From: an uncultured Alphaproteobacteria bacterium
GTDB taxonomy: Bacteria > Pseudomonadota > Alphaproteobacteria > Sphingomonadales > Sphingomonadaceae
DNA: 64,000 nt
Assembly: GCA_963831485.1 (NCBI GenBank)
Contig: CAWHQE010000001.1
Coordinates: forward strand, 85,288 to 149,287
Direction of reading: 5' to 3'
The position numbers and the translations under genes are program-made. The notes below the pieces were generated by a model. It ran no database searches. It was given only the letters and a program-made list of their open reading frames with translations, and was not told the origin of the DNA. Positions 1 through 11,262 of the stretch are shown one piece after another; the first letter of the stretch is position 1; every line of letters starts with the position of its first letter.

Positions 1-346
1 AGGGCGCGTACAACGTAGCGAGAAGGCGGCGTTCCCCCCGGGCGATGCGCGCGCGGACTGGACGATCCTGCGGGCCGTGTCCGAACTTGCGGGCAAGACG
101 CTGCCGTTCGACAGCTTCGCCCAGCTTCGGCAGCAGATGGTTGCCGAATATCCGCAGCTAGGGCGCGATGGGCTGATCGACCTGCCATGGTCGCCGCCGA
201 AGCTCGATACCAAGGTCGAGGGACCGGTCAGCTATCCGATAGGTGATTTCTTCCTGACCAACGCAATCTGCCGCAACAGCCCGACGATGCGTCAATGCTC
301 CGAGGAGCTGGTGCAGAAGCTGCATTACGAGGTGGCGGCCGAATGA
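1..346 (+). CDS. nuoG: NADH-quinone oxidoreductase subunit G, C-terminal part (5' truncated by window)
   Basis: Open frame from position 2 ([25 protein letters not shown]...[14 protein letters not shown]); stop overlaps nuoH ATG. Confidence 0.93.
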   Translation, partial: GRVQRSEKAAFPPGDARADWTILRAVSELAGKTLPFDSFAQLRQQMVAEYPQLGRDGLIDLPWSPPKLDTKVEGPVSYPIGDFFLTNAICRNSPTMRQCSEELVQKLHYEVAAE

Positions 347-1386
347 CCGAAACCTTCGTCAACTGGGGCATGCAATACGGCTGGGCGTGGTTCCTGGCGA
401 CGGTCATCGGTATCCTGGTTATCGCGCTTCCGCTGATGCTTGCGGTCGCAATGATCATCTATGCCGAGCGCAAGATCTGGGCGGCGATGGCGCTTCGGCG
501 CGGGCCGAATGTGGTCGGGCCGTGGGGCCTTCTTCAGAGCTTTGCCGATGGGCTGAAGGTCTTCCTGAAGGAGACCATTATCCCGACCAGCGCGAGCAAG
601 GGGCTGTTCCTGATCGCGCCGATCATCACCTTCACCATCGCGTTGATCGTCTGGGCTGTGATCCCGTTCGCGCCGGGCGTGGTGCTTGCCGACGTCAATG
701 TGGGGCTGCTCTACATTCTCGCCGCGAGCTCGCTTGGCGTTTACGGCGTGATCGTTGCCGGCTGGGCGTCCAATTCCAAATATCCCTTCTTCTCGGCCCT
801 TCGGGCGGCCGCGCAGATGGTGAGCTACGAAGTTTCGATCGGCTTCGTGCTGATCACCGTCGTGCTCTATGCGGGCACGTTCAACGTCAGCGGAATCGTG
901 CTGCAGCAGAAGGGATTCGGGCTGGGCATCTTCAACGGGTTCGGGTTCAACCTGCTGCTTTTCCCGATGTGGGTGGTCTTCTTCATCAGCTCGATGGCCG
1001 AGACTTTCCGCACGCCGTTCGACCTCGTCGAGGCGGAAAGCGAGCTCGTCGCCGGGCACCAGACCGAATATTCGTCGATGGCCTTCGCGCTCTTCTGGCT
1101 CGGCGAATATGCCAACGTCATCCTGATGTGCGCGCTCAACGCGATCATCTTCTGGGGTGGGTGGTTGCCTCCGGTCGACTGGGCGCCGCTCTACGTTATT
1201 CCCGGCATCGTCTGGCTGCTGGCGAAGATGTGCTTCTTCTTTTTCTGCTTCGGCTGGGTGAAGGCAACGGTCCCGCGCTACCGCTACGACCAGCTGATGC
1301 GTCTCGGCTGGAAGATTTTCCTTCCGCTATCGATTGTCTTCGTCGTCCTCGTATCGGGATGGTTGATGCTCACGAGGTTCGCATGA
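343..1386 (+). CDS. nuoH: NADH-quinone oxidoreductase subunit H
   Basis: [27 protein letters not shown] and [14 protein letters not shown] motifs; ATGA overlap with nuoG stop. Confidence 0.97.
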   Translation: MTETFVNWGMQYGWAWFLATVIGILVIALPLMLAVAMIIYAERKIWAAMALRRGPNVVGPWGLLQSFADGLKVFLKETIIPTSASKGLFLIAPIITFTIALIVWAVIPFAPGVVLADVNVGLLYILAASSLGVYGVIVAGWASNSKYPFFSALRAAAQMVSYEVSIGFVLITVVLYAGTFNVSGIVLQQKGFGLGIFNGFGFNLLLFPMWVVFFISSMAETFRTPFDLVEAESELVAGHQTEYSSMAFALFWLGEYANVILMCALNAIIFWGGWLPPVDWAPLYVIPGIVWLLAKMCFFFFCFGWVKATVPRYRYDQLMRLGWKIFLPLSIVFVVLVSGWLMLTRFA

Positions 1387-1862
1387 AGCACTGGGTCAAA
1401 TCCTTCACCCTCTGGGAATTCCTGAAGGCACATGCACTGACGCTGAAGTATTTCTTCAAGCCCAAGGCGACGATCAACTATCCGTACGAGAAGATCCCAA
1501 CCTCTCCGCGCTTCCGGGGCGAGCATGTGCTGCGCCGTTATCCGAACGGAGAAGAGCGCTGCATCGCGTGCAAGCTGTGCGAGGCGATCTGTCCGGCACT
1601 CGCGATCACCATCGAGGCCGAGCCCCGCGAGGACGGCAGCCGCCGGACCACGCGCTACGACATCGACATGGTGAAGTGCATTTATTGCGGACTGTGCCAG
1701 GAAGCCTGCCCGGTCGATGCGATCGTCGAAGGGCCGAACCTCGAATTCGCGACAGAAACGCGCGAGGAGCTTCTGTACGACAAGGCAAAATTGCTCGCGA
1801 ACGGCGACAAGTGGGAGCAGGCGATTGCCGCGAACCTTGCCGCCGATGCCCCCTACCGATAA
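1383..1862 (+). CDS. nuoI: NADH-quinone oxidoreductase subunit I
   Basis: Two 4Fe-4S motifs [12 protein letters not shown] and [12 protein letters not shown]; ATG at 1383 overlaps nuoH stop. Confidence 0.97.
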   Translation: MKHWVKSFTLWEFLKAHALTLKYFFKPKATINYPYEKIPTSPRFRGEHVLRRYPNGEERCIACKLCEAICPALAITIEAEPREDGSRRTTRYDIDMVKCIYCGLCQEACPVDAIVEGPNLEFATETREELLYDKAKLLANGDKWEQAIAANLAADAPYR

Positions 1863-1886
1863 GCGCGCCGCAACAGGGTCCCCCGT

Positions 1887-2492
1887 TTGATCGCCATACT
1901 CGCCTTTTACCTCTTTGCGACGCTCACCATCTCCAGTGCGCTGGCGGTGATCTTCGCGCGCAATCCGGTCCACAGCGTGCTGTGGTTGATCGTCTCCTTC
2001 TTCAATGCGGCGGGGCTGATGCTGCTGGTCGGTGCAGAGTTCATCGCGATGCTGCTGGTGATCGTCTATGTCGGCGCGGTCGCGGTTCTGTTCCTGTTCG
2101 TCGTCATGATGCTCGACATCGACTTCGCGCAGTTGCGGAGCGGATTCACGCGCAACCTTCCGTTCGGGATCATCATCGCGCTGGTGCTACTCGGTGAGGT
2201 CATCGTCGCCGAGATCGCGCACAAGTCGGGACCGTCGCTTGCTGGACAGCAAATCCCGGCGGCCCGCGTCCCCAACATCGTCGCGCTCGGGCAGTTGCTC
2301 TACAGCCGCTATCTGTTCGCGTTCGAACTTGCGGGGCTCATTTTGCTGGTCGCAATGATCGGCGCGATCGTCCTCACTCACCGCAGCCGCGGCGACACGC
2401 GCACGCCCAAGGCCGAGCGCCAGTTGCGCCGCCGACCCGACGACGCCGTGAAGCTCACCCAGCCTGGGATCGGGGAGGGGATGAAGCTATGA
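1887..2492 (+). CDS. nuoJ: NADH-quinone oxidoreductase subunit J
   Basis: [10 protein letters not shown] and [16 protein letters not shown] motifs; TTG start. Confidence 0.96.
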   Translation: MIAILAFYLFATLTISSALAVIFARNPVHSVLWLIVSFFNAAGLMLLVGAEFIAMLLVIVYVGAVAVLFLFVVMMLDIDFAQLRSGFTRNLPFGIIIALVLLGEVIVAEIAHKSGPSLAGQQIPAARVPNIVALGQLLYSRYLFAFELAGLILLVAMIGAIVLTHRSRGDTRTPKAERQLRRRPDDAVKLTQPGIGEGMKL

Positions 2493-2794
2493 TCGGCCTC
2501 AACGCCTATCTCATCGTCGCCGCCGTCCTGTTCACGATCGGCGTGCTCGGAATCTTCCTCAATCGCCGCAACGTCATCCTGATGCTGATGGCGATCGAAC
2601 TGATCCTGCTCGCCGTGAACATCAACCTGGTCGCTTTCTCGGCCTATCTCGGGGATCTCACCGGCCAGGTGCTGGCGATGTTCGTGCTGACCGTCGCTGC
2701 TGCAGAAGCCGCGATCGGGCTCGCCATTCTCGTCACCTTCTTCCGCCGCCGCGGCACGATTGCGGTCGATGCCGCCGACAGGATGAGGGGCTGA
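2489..2794 (+). CDS. nuoK: NADH-quinone oxidoreductase subunit K
   Basis: 101 aa; [11 protein letters not shown] and [11 protein letters not shown] motifs. Confidence 0.97.
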   Translation: MIGLNAYLIVAAVLFTIGVLGIFLNRRNVILMLMAIELILLAVNINLVAFSAYLGDLTGQVLAMFVLTVAAAEAAIGLAILVTFFRRRGTIAVDAADRMRG

Positions 2795-4845
2795 TGCATC
2801 CCGTTCTTTTCATCGTTTTCCTGCCGCTTCTTGCTGCGATCCTCGCCGGGCTGGGTGGCCGTTGGATCGGCGCGACCGCGGCGAAGTCGGTAACGACCGG
2901 CGCCCTGTTCATCGGCGCGTTGCTCAGCTGGCCGATCTTCTTCCAATATATCTCTGGTAGCGCGCAGCCGGCCGTCGTCCCTGTTCTCGACTGGATCCAT
3001 TCGGGGACGCTTACCGTCGACTGGGCGCTTCGGGTCGACAGTCTGACGGCGGTGATGCTGGTCGTCGTCACGACCGTGTCGAGCCTCGTCCACCTCTACA
3101 GCTGGGGATATATGGAGGAGGACCCGAGCCAGTCCCGGTTCTTCGCCTATCTGTCGCTGTTCAGCTTCGCGATGCTGATGCTGGTGACAGCGGACAACCT
3201 CATCCAGATGTTCTTTGGATGGGAAGGGGTCGGCCTCGCTTCCTACCTGCTGATCGGTTTCTGGTATTACAAACCGAGCGCCAATGCGGCGGCGCTCAAG
3301 GCGTTCGTTGTCAACCGTGTCGGCGACTTCGGCTTCTCGCTCGGCATTTTCGGCACCTTCCTCGTGTTCGGCACGGTGTCGATACCGGCGATCCTGCACG
3401 CCGCGCCGGGCATGGCCGGTTCCACAATCGGCTTCGCGGGGATGCGCGTCGATACGATGACCTTGCTCTGCCTGCTGCTGTTCGTCGGCGCGATGGGCAA
3501 GTCGGCGCAGCTTCCGCTCCACACCTGGCTACCGGACGCGATGGAAGGCCCGACTCCGGTCAGCGCCCTCATCCACGCCGCGACGATGGTTACCGCCGGC
3601 GTTTTCATGGTCTGCCGCCTGTCACCGATGTTCGAGACATCGCCGACCGCCATGCATGTCGTTACCTGGGTCGGGGCGATTACCTGCTTTTTCGCGGCGA
3701 CCGTCGGCTGCGCCCAGAACGACATCAAGCGGGTCATCGCTTATTCGACCTGTTCGCAGCTCGGCTATATGTTCTTCGCTGCCGGCGTCGGCGCCTATGG
3801 CACGGCGATGTTCCACCTGTTCACGCACGCCTTCTTCAAGGCGCTGCTGTTCCTCGGCGCGGGCAGCGTGATCCACGCCATGCACCACGAGCAGGACATG
3901 CGTTATTACGGGGCGCTCCGGAAGGAGATCCCGATCACCTTCTGGGTGATGGTGATCGGCACGCTGGCGATCACCGGTGTCGGATTGGATATCGGACCGG
4001 GTATCGGCTTCGCCGGCTTCTGGTCGAAGGACGCAATCATCGAGGATTCGTGGGCGAGCGGCTCCGTTTCGGGTGAGGTCGCTTTCTGGCTGGGCGTCAT
4101 CGTTGCGCTGATGACCAGCTTCTACAGCTGGCGCCTGGTGTTCATGACCTTCTTCGGCCAGCCGCGCTGGGCTGCCTCCGAGCATATCCAGCACGCGATT
4201 CACGGCGAGCATGAGGATCCGTCGCAGGAGCATGGCGACAGCGCCCACGACACGCACGCGGTGGCGACCGGCAGCGGCGGATATCATCCCCACGAAAGCC
4301 CGCTCACCATGCTGGTTCCTATCTGCCTTCTGGCTGTCGGCGCGCTGCTGGCTGGTCAGATCTTCCACGGCATCTTCGTGGATCCGGACCGCGGGCCTGC
4401 GTTCTGGCGCGGAAGCGTTGTCTTTGTTCGTGAGCTTATGGAGGTCGCCGAGCACGCTCCGCTGCTGGTCAAATTCGCGCCGAGCATCGCGATGCTGATC
4501 GGCCTGTGGATTGCCTGGAATAATTATGTGCGCAATCCGCGTGCAGCCGGCGCCTTCGTCGCGACTTTCCCGGGCATCTACAAGTTCGTTGCGAACAAAT
4601 GGTATTTTGACGAGCTCTACGATTGCATTTTCGTGCGCCCGGCGCTGTGGCTCGGGAAATTGTTCTGGCACGGCGGTGACGAGAAGACGATCGACCGCTT
4701 CGGGCCTCACGGGGCCGCTTATGCGGTAGGCGTCGGCAACCGCATCACCTACCGCTTCCAGTCCGGATATCTCTATTCCTATGCGCTGGTGATGCTGCTC
4801 GGCCTCATCGGCGCCGCAAGCTGGGCGATCTGGTGGGCCAAGTGA
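2794..4845 (+). CDS. nuoL: NADH-quinone oxidoreductase subunit L
   Basis: [32 protein letters not shown] motif; operon position. Confidence 0.97.
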   Translation: MHPVLFIVFLPLLAAILAGLGGRWIGATAAKSVTTGALFIGALLSWPIFFQYISGSAQPAVVPVLDWIHSGTLTVDWALRVDSLTAVMLVVVTTVSSLVHLYSWGYMEEDPSQSRFFAYLSLFSFAMLMLVTADNLIQMFFGWEGVGLASYLLIGFWYYKPSANAAALKAFVVNRVGDFGFSLGIFGTFLVFGTVSIPAILHAAPGMAGSTIGFAGMRVDTMTLLCLLLFVGAMGKSAQLPLHTWLPDAMEGPTPVSALIHAATMVTAGVFMVCRLSPMFETSPTAMHVVTWVGAITCFFAATVGCAQNDIKRVIAYSTCSQLGYMFFAAGVGAYGTAMFHLFTHAFFKALLFLGAGSVIHAMHHEQDMRYYGALRKEIPITFWVMVIGTLAITGVGLDIGPGIGFAGFWSKDAIIEDSWASGSVSGEVAFWLGVIVALMTSFYSWRLVFMTFFGQPRWAASEHIQHAIHGEHEDPSQEHGDSAHDTHAVATGSGGYHPHESPLTMLVPICLLAVGALLAGQIFHGIFVDPDRGPAFWRGSVVFVRELMEVAEHAPLLVKFAPSIAMLIGLWIAWNNYVRNPRAAGAFVATFPGIYKFVANKWYFDELYDCIFVRPALWLGKLFWHGGDEKTIDRFGPHGAAYAVGVGNRITYRFQSGYLYSYALVMLLGLIGAASWAIWWAK

Positions 4846-6365
4846 CGGGACTGCCTTTGCTCTCCATCCTGATTGCCGTCCCGATCCTCGCCGGCGTGCT
4901 TTGCCTGTTCATGAAGGCGGAGGCTGCGCGCTGGACGGCGCTGATCGGCACGCTGATCGACCTCGCGCTCAGCGCATATCTCTGGGTCAGTTACGACCCC
5001 AACGGCGCACAGTGGCAGTTCGTCGAGAAGTTCTCGCTGGGCGGCGGGATCAACTGGGCGCTAGGGATCGACGGGATCGCGCTCGTCCTCATCGCGCTGA
5101 CCGCTTTCCTGATGCCGATCTGCATCGGCGCGAGCTGGCGCGCGATCGAGAAGCGCGTCCCTGAATACATGGCCTATTTCCTGCTGATGGAGGCCCTGAT
5201 CATGGGCTCCTTCAGCGCGCAGGACCTGTTCCTCTTCTACGTTTTCTTCGAAGGTGGCCTGATCCCGATGTACCTGATCATCGGCATCTGGGGCGGCGCC
5301 GATCGCATCAAAGCGAGCTACAAGTTCTTCCTCTACACGCTCTTCGGCTCGGTGCTGATGCTGATCGCCATGCTCTACATGCGGTCGGTTGCCGCCACGA
5401 CCGACATCCCAACGCTGATGGCGTTCAATTTCTCGAAGGAAGCGCAGACCTTCCTGTTCCTCGCCTTCCTCGCGAGCTTTGCAGTCAAGCTGCCGATGTG
5501 GCCAGTCCACACCTGGTTGCCCGATGCGCACGTCCAGGCGCCGACGGCAGGCTCGGTCATCCTCGCCGGCGTTCTCCTGAAACTCGGCGGCTATGGTTTC
5601 ATCCGCTTCTCGCTTCCGATGTTCCCTGAAGGGTCGGCGCAGTTCGTGCCGCTCATGTTTGTGCTGTCGGGGATAGCCGTCGTCTACACGAGCCTGGTCG
5701 CGCTCGTGCAGAAGGACATGAAGAAGCTCATCGCTTATTCGTCCGTCGCGCACATGGCGTTCGTCACGTTCGGACTGTTCGCCATGAACCGGCAGGGGAT
5801 CGAAGGCGCAATGCTGGTGATGCTCGGCCACGGGCTCGTGTCGGGCGCGCTCTTCCTTTGCGTGGGCGTCGTCTACGACCGCCTGCACACCCGCGAAATC
5901 GCGGCCTACGGCGGGCTTTCGAATAACATGCCTGGATACGCCCTGCTGTTCATGGTCTTCACCATGGCCAGCGTCGGCTTGCCGGGTCTCAGCAACTTCC
6001 CCGGTGAGTTCCTGAGCTCGATCGGGACCTATCGCGCTTCGAGCTGGGCCGCGATCGTCGCGACGACGGGCATCATCCTTGGCGCTGCCTATATGCTGTG
6101 GCTGTACTGGCGCATCTGCTTCGGCGAGGCGCGAACCGCGGAAGCGTCGGCGATGAAGGACCTCGATGTGCGCGAGTGGTGGCTGCTTGCGCCGATCGCG
6201 CTAGCCGTGGTGTGGATGGGCGTTTATCCGGAAAGCTTCCTGAGGCCGATGCGCAATGACGTGGGCCGCCTTCTGACGAGGATGGAGGCTGTGGCTCCCG
6301 TCGGCGATTCCCACCTGACGCTCGGCAAGGGCGCGTCGCACATGGACATGGGAGCAATGCATTGA
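4842..6365 (+). CDS. nuoM: NADH-quinone oxidoreductase subunit M
   Basis: [23 protein letters not shown] motif; GTG start at 4842 overlapping nuoL stop is more likely than 4833. Confidence 0.96.
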   Translation: MTGLPLLSILIAVPILAGVLCLFMKAEAARWTALIGTLIDLALSAYLWVSYDPNGAQWQFVEKFSLGGGINWALGIDGIALVLIALTAFLMPICIGASWRAIEKRVPEYMAYFLLMEALIMGSFSAQDLFLFYVFFEGGLIPMYLIIGIWGGADRIKASYKFFLYTLFGSVLMLIAMLYMRSVAATTDIPTLMAFNFSKEAQTFLFLAFLASFAVKLPMWPVHTWLPDAHVQAPTAGSVILAGVLLKLGGYGFIRFSLPMFPEGSAQFVPLMFVLSGIAVVYTSLVALVQKDMKKLIAYSSVAHMAFVTFGLFAMNRQGIEGAMLVMLGHGLVSGALFLCVGVVYDRLHTREIAAYGGLSNNMPGYALLFMVFTMASVGLPGLSNFPGEFLSSIGTYRASSWAAIVATTGIILGAAYMLWLYWRICFGEARTAEASAMKDLDVREWWLLAPIALAVVWMGVYPESFLRPMRNDVGRLLTRMEAVAPVGDSHLTLGKGASHMDMGAMH

Positions 6366-7801
6366 TCCCGCGCTTCACTGCTCCGCTGCTCCCCGAGCTG
6401 ATTCTGTCGATCGGCGGTACGATCCTGATGACGGTCGCGGCCTTCTCTGGACGCCGCGGATCGACGGCCGTCAGCTGGCTCGCGGTCTTGCTGCTGCTCG
6501 GGGCGACTGTCGCCCTGATCGGTGCGCCATCTCACACGGGCCCGGTCTTCGAGGGTCTTGTCACTGCCGACCTGTTCGCGAGTTTCGGCAAGGCGATCAT
6601 GTTCCCCGCCGCAGCGGTGGCAATTATCGCGGCGAACGGCTGGTTCGACCGCGGCAGCGAGCATGCTTCCGAATATTCGGTGCTGATCGTCTTTGCCGCC
6701 GTGGGCATGAGCGTGATGGTCTCGGCGACCAGCCTCATCGCGCTTTATGTCGGGCTAGAGCTCAACAGCCTCGCCGGCTACGTGCTCGCTTCCTACCGCC
6801 GCACCGATGAGCGCTCGGCCGAAGCAGGTCTGAAGTATTTCGTCCTGGGAGCGCTCGCGAGCGGGATCCTGCTCTACGGAATCTCGCTTCTCTACGGCTT
6901 CACGGGCACGACCAATTTCGCTGGCTTGGCCGCGGCGTTTGGACGCGGAGCGCCTTCCCTCGGGCTCCTGTTCGGCCTCGTCTTCCTGCTCTCCGGGCTC
7001 GCGTTCAAAGCTAGCGTGGTGCCGTTCCACATGTGGACGCCTGACGTGTACGAGGGCGCACCGACGCCGGTAACGGCCTTCTTCGCTTCGGCGCCCAAGG
7101 TTGCGGCCGTGCTGCTCGCAGTTCGCGTCTGTGTCGAAGCCCTCGGCCCAGCGACTGATGCATGGCGCCAGATCGTGATCTTCGCGGCACTCGCCTCGAT
7201 CTTCCTCGGCGCCGTGGCCGCCTACGGGCAGACGAATATCAAGCGGCTGCTCGCTTATTCGTCGATCAACAACGTTGGCTTCGCGTTAGTCGGACTTGCT
7301 GCTGGCGATCGCGCTGGAACATCATCGGTCCTGTTCTACATGGCCGTTTATGTGGTGATGACGCTCGGCGCGTTCCTCTGCGTGCTCTGGATGCGCGATG
7401 CCGAGGGGCGGCCGATCGAAAGCATCGACAGCCTTTCGGGGCTGGCGCAGACGAGGCCGGCTTTCGCCGCGGCTTTCGCGATCTTCATGTTCAGCCTCGC
7501 CGGCATTCCGCCGCTCTTCGGCTTTTGGCCCAAGCTGCTCGTCTTCACAGCCGCCGTTCAGGCCGGTTATGTGGCGCTCGCCGTCGCGGCGATCCTCGGG
7601 ACGGTGATCGGCGCCTACTATTACCTTCGTATCGTGAAGGTCATGTACATGGACGAGCCGACTGAGCCTTATGGCCGCCCTCACGAGCCGATCCAGGGCC
7701 TCCTGATTCTGGTCGCCGCGCTGGTCGTTTCGCCGCTCGGCTATTTGCTGATCGGTCCCATCGGAACGCTGACGGACCGCGCGGCGGGGACGCTCTTCTG
7801 A
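6362..7801 (+). CDS. nuoN: NADH-quinone oxidoreductase subunit N
   Basis: EAGLKYFVLG and FHMWTPDVYEGAPTPVT motifs. Confidence 0.96.
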   Translation: MIPRFTAPLLPELILSIGGTILMTVAAFSGRRGSTAVSWLAVLLLLGATVALIGAPSHTGPVFEGLVTADLFASFGKAIMFPAAAVAIIAANGWFDRGSEHASEYSVLIVFAAVGMSVMVSATSLIALYVGLELNSLAGYVLASYRRTDERSAEAGLKYFVLGALASGILLYGISLLYGFTGTTNFAGLAAAFGRGAPSLGLLFGLVFLLSGLAFKASVVPFHMWTPDVYEGAPTPVTAFFASAPKVAAVLLAVRVCVEALGPATDAWRQIVIFAALASIFLGAVAAYGQTNIKRLLAYSSINNVGFALVGLAAGDRAGTSSVLFYMAVYVVMTLGAFLCVLWMRDAEGRPIESIDSLSGLAQTRPAFAAAFAIFMFSLAGIPPLFGFWPKLLVFTAAVQAGYVALAVAAILGTVIGAYYYLRIVKVMYMDEPTEPYGRPHEPIQGLLILVAALVVSPLGYLLIGPIGTLTDRAAGTLF

Positions 7802-8490
7802 CCCGCATCCGTTTCGTCGAGCGCACCAGCTCGACCAACGCTGACCTTATCGCCGATCAAGCAGCCGGTGAGGGCGACTGGCTCATCGCGCTCGAGCAGG
7901 AGGCGGGAAGGGGGCGGCAGGGACGCGAATGGCTTTCACCGCTCGGCAATTTCTACGGAAGCACGATCGTCGAGCTCCGACCACGCGACCCGCAGCCACA
8001 AACGCTGTCGTTGGCGGCCGGCCTGTCTCTGATCGAAGCCATCGACGTCGCGGTCCCCGGGCAGTCTCTGATGCTCAAATGGCCGAACGACTTGCTTCTT
8101 CACGGCAGGAAGCTTGCCGGGATCCTGCTCGAACGGAGCGGCGACCGCGTCGTGATCGGCTTCGGCGTGAACCTCGCTTCGGCGCCCGACTTGCCCGACC
8201 GACCATGCGCGTCGCTGGGCGGCCGCGTAACGCCACAAGCCTTTGCTTCGGTGCTTGCCGGAAGCGTGGCGCGGCTCGTTCAACTCTGGCGCCAGAGCGA
8301 ACCATCATCGCTTGCACAAGCCTGGCTCGCGCGCGCGCACGCCGTCGGCACCAGCCTCTCGGTCCATGCAAGCGCCGTCGAGACGATCAGCGGCCGTTTC
8401 GATGGCATCGAAGCCGACGGCGCTCTTCGGCTTCGGCTTGACGATGGTCATTTGGAGGTCGTTCGGGCAGGAGACATTTCACTCGGCTGA
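7798..8490 (+). CDS. birA: Biotin--[acetyl-CoA-carboxylase] ligase, probable CTG start
   Basis: The frame of ORF 8011..8490 stays open upstream to 7798, giving TSSTN and GRGRQGREWLSP motifs; KWPNDL and KLAGIL downstream. Confidence 0.9.
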   Translation: MTRIRFVERTSSTNADLIADQAAGEGDWLIALEQEAGRGRQGREWLSPLGNFYGSTIVELRPRDPQPQTLSLAAGLSLIEAIDVAVPGQSLMLKWPNDLLLHGRKLAGILLERSGDRVVIGFGVNLASAPDLPDRPCASLGGRVTPQAFASVLAGSVARLVQLWRQSEPSSLAQAWLARAHAVGTSLSVHASAVETISGRFDGIEADGALRLRLDDGHLEVVRAGDISLG

Positions 8491-8648
8491 GTCGCTCACT
8501 CGCGGCGCGCGCGGCTTGCTGATACGGGAGCCTTCGTTTCGCGATCGAGTCGATGCGTTCGACGCGCCCTTGCCTCGCGCGTCCTTGCTCCCCACGAAAC
8601 CCAGCGCCGGTCCTGTCGGCCGGCACTTTCGAGGCGAGGGTCTCCCCC

Positions 8649-9539
8649 ATGCCATTCATTACCACCACCGACGGCACCGAGATCTTCTACAAGGACTGGG
8701 GTCCTAAGAACGTTCAAGCGCTCTTTTTCCATCACGGCTGGCCGCTGAGCGCGGACGATTGGGACAACCAGCTGATGCACTTCCTGAACCTCGGCTTCCG
8801 GGTCGTCGCTCACGACCGCCGCGGTCACGGACGGTCGAGCCAGACCGACACAGGCAACGACATGGACACCTATGTTGCCGACGTGAAGCAGTTGGTGGCT
8901 GCGCTGGACCTCAAGCAGGCGACCCACATCGGCCATTCGACTGGTGGCGGCGAAGTCGCTCACTATGTCGCGCGCGCCGATGCTGGCCGGGTCGCGAAGG
9001 CAGTCCTGATCTCAGCCGTCCCGCCGCTAATGCTCAAGACCGAAGCCAATCCCGGCGGGATGCCGCTTGAAGCTTTCGATGCCTATCGGGCGGGCGTGGC
9101 CTGCAATCGGGCGCAAATCTATCTCGATATCGCCTCGGGGCCCTTCTACGGTTTCAACCGCACGGGCGTGCTCCCGATCGAAGGAGTGATCCGCAATTGG
9201 TGGCGCCAGGGGATGATGGGCGGCATCAAGGCGCATTACGATTGCATCAAGGCTTTCTCGGAGACAGACTTCACGGAGGACCTGAAGGCGATTGGGGTTC
9301 CGGTGTTGATCATCCACAGTGAGGATGATCAGATCGTTCCTTACGCCGACAGCGCGCCGCTTGCGGTGAAACTGCTGAAGAACGGACAGCTGAAGACCTA
9401 CACCACGTTCCCGCACGGATGCATGACGACGCACCCGGACGAGATCAATGCGGACATTCTCGCCTTCATCCGCGGCGAGCAGGTCGGCGTGCCGGGCTAC
9501 GAATCACCGGCGATCGTCGCGGTACCGCTGCCGGCCTGA
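8649..9539 (+). CDS. Non-heme chloroperoxidase/perhydrolase-type alpha/beta hydrolase
   Basis: FYKDWG, HHGWPLSADDWD, nucleophile elbow GHSTGGG, acid DDQIVP, base PHG; SD-like GAGGG before ATG 8649. Confidence 0.88.
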   Translation: MPFITTTDGTEIFYKDWGPKNVQALFFHHGWPLSADDWDNQLMHFLNLGFRVVAHDRRGHGRSSQTDTGNDMDTYVADVKQLVAALDLKQATHIGHSTGGGEVAHYVARADAGRVAKAVLISAVPPLMLKTEANPGGMPLEAFDAYRAGVACNRAQIYLDIASGPFYGFNRTGVLPIEGVIRNWWRQGMMGGIKAHYDCIKAFSETDFTEDLKAIGVPVLIIHSEDDQIVPYADSAPLAVKLLKNGQLKTYTTFPHGCMTTHPDEINADILAFIRGEQVGVPGYESPAIVAVPLPA

Positions 9540-11221
9540 TGATCGACGATCTCGGCCCGACCTTCGCCACCCGAGGAGCGCAGATGTTCCTGCGTTTCAC
9601 GGACGATGAGCTTGCACGGCTTGCCCGGTTCGGTGAGCCGCGAAGCTACAAGTCTGGTGACATGCTAGCGCGGAGGGGTGAGGCGGGCCCCGGATTGATG
9701 CTGATCCTGTCCGGTCGGGTCGATGCTATTCGACCGGACGGAGGTGCGGGTTCCCACATCGTCACCCACGAGCGTGGCAATTTCATGGGAGAGCTCGCTC
9801 AGCTTTCCGGGCGGCCGTATTTGGTCGATGAAAAGGCGCTCACGGACGTGGAAGCCGTCGCGATCCCGCCGGATCGGTTGCGGGCGCTGCTCATCGCCGA
9901 AGCAGACCTCGGCGAGCGACTGATGCGTGCACTGATCCTCCGGCGCGTCGGGTTGATCGAAGCACGCGCCGGACCGATCGTCATTGGCGATGAGCACGAC
10001 GCAGACGTACTGAGGCTGACAAACTTCCTGCGCCGCAACGGGCATCCGTATGAAAGTCTCGATCCCGGAAGCGATAGCTGTGCGCGAACATTGGTCGAGC
10101 GCTTCAACGTCGCTGCCGAGGAGCTTCCGATCGTTCTCTGCCCGGGCGGCCAGCTACTTCGCAACCCGACCGAGTCCCAGCTCGCGCGATGCGTCGGTTT
10201 GCTCGGTCCGATCGACAGTGACCGGCTTTACGATGTCGTGGTGATTGGCGCAGGACCGTCGGGTCTAGCAACATCGGTGTACGCAGGATCCGAAGGCCTT
10301 TCGGTCTTGACGATCGACTGCCGCTCCTTCGGCGGACAGGCGGGCGCATCGGCTCGCATCGAAAACTATCTCGGCTTTCCCACCGGTATCTCGGGCATGG
10401 CGTTGATGGGCCGCGCGTTCAGCCAGGCGCAGAAGTTTGGTGTGGACGTCGCAATCCCGGATGAAGCGGTGAACCTGGAGTGCGGCAATGACCCTTGTCA
10501 CATCCAGCTCGCTACCGGCGAACGCGTCCAGGCCCTCGCTGTCGTGATTGCGACCGGGGCACGCTACCGGCGGCTCGGTGTCGAACGGCTCGACGAGTTC
10601 GAAGGCGCGTCGGTCCATTACTGGGCCTCGCCGCTCGAAGCGGACCTTTGCGCAAACAGTGACGTGGCATTGGTCGGCGGCGGCAATTCCGCGGGACAGG
10701 CGACCGTTTACCTTGCAGGCAAGGCGCGACGAGTAACGATGATGGCTCGGCGTCCCCTCAGCGAAACCATGTCGCAATATCTGATCGAACGCATTGAGGC
10801 GCTTCCAAATGTCGATGTCGTGATCGGCTGCGAGGTGTCGGCGCTCGAGGGCTCGGACGGACAGCTGCAGGCGATCAACTGCCGCAATCGCCAAACGGGT
10901 AACGTGACCCGCCGAGAGGTGCGCTACCTATTCTCCTTTATCGGCGCGGAGCCGAACACCGACTGGCTTCGAACCTCGGGCATCAGCCTGGACAAGCGCG
11001 GGTTCGTGCTCGTGGGCGAAGAAGCGTGCGATGACCGCCTGCCGCTCGAAACCAGCCGCAAGGGTGTGTTCGCCGTGGGCGACGTACGCTCGACCTCGGT
11101 TAAGCGCGTGGCGGCGTCGGTTGGCGATGGTGCTCAGGTGGTGGCCTCCATCCATGCCTATCTGGCGCGGGAGCGCGAGGAACCTGCTCTCGTCGCCCAT
11201 CCGATCCCGGCGACGGCCTGA
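9539..11221 (+). CDS. Cyclic-nucleotide-binding domain fused to a thioredoxin-reductase-like FAD oxidoreductase
   Basis: N-terminal cNMP fold (GNFMGELAQL), GAGPSG FAD motif, GGGNSAG NAD(P) motif, AVGDVR; ATG overlaps the upstream stop. Confidence 0.85.
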   Translation: MIDDLGPTFATRGAQMFLRFTDDELARLARFGEPRSYKSGDMLARRGEAGPGLMLILSGRVDAIRPDGGAGSHIVTHERGNFMGELAQLSGRPYLVDEKALTDVEAVAIPPDRLRALLIAEADLGERLMRALILRRVGLIEARAGPIVIGDEHDADVLRLTNFLRRNGHPYESLDPGSDSCARTLVERFNVAAEELPIVLCPGGQLLRNPTESQLARCVGLLGPIDSDRLYDVVVIGAGPSGLATSVYAGSEGLSVLTIDCRSFGGQAGASARIENYLGFPTGISGMALMGRAFSQAQKFGVDVAIPDEAVNLECGNDPCHIQLATGERVQALAVVIATGARYRRLGVERLDEFEGASVHYWASPLEADLCANSDVALVGGGNSAGQATVYLAGKARRVTMMARRPLSETMSQYLIERIEALPNVDVVIGCEVSALEGSDGQLQAINCRNRQTGNVTRREVRYLFSFIGAEPNTDWLRTSGISLDKRGFVLVGEEACDDRLPLETSRKGVFAVGDVRSTSVKRVAASVGDGAQVVASIHAYLAREREEPALVAHPIPATA

Positions 11222-11262
11222 CGCTCTTTGCCGGTTGCTGATGTTGTCGCTAAGGCCCCCGC

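Noticed and set aside
387-1862. 491-aa ORF ending in NuoI
   Set aside because: The upstream part is an alternative frame of nuoH; NuoI starts at ATG 1383.
8491-11262. Calling the birA-coaX insert a mobile element
   Set aside because: No transposase, integrase or terminal inverted repeats; codon use is near host; the 8-bp direct repeat is not significant alone.
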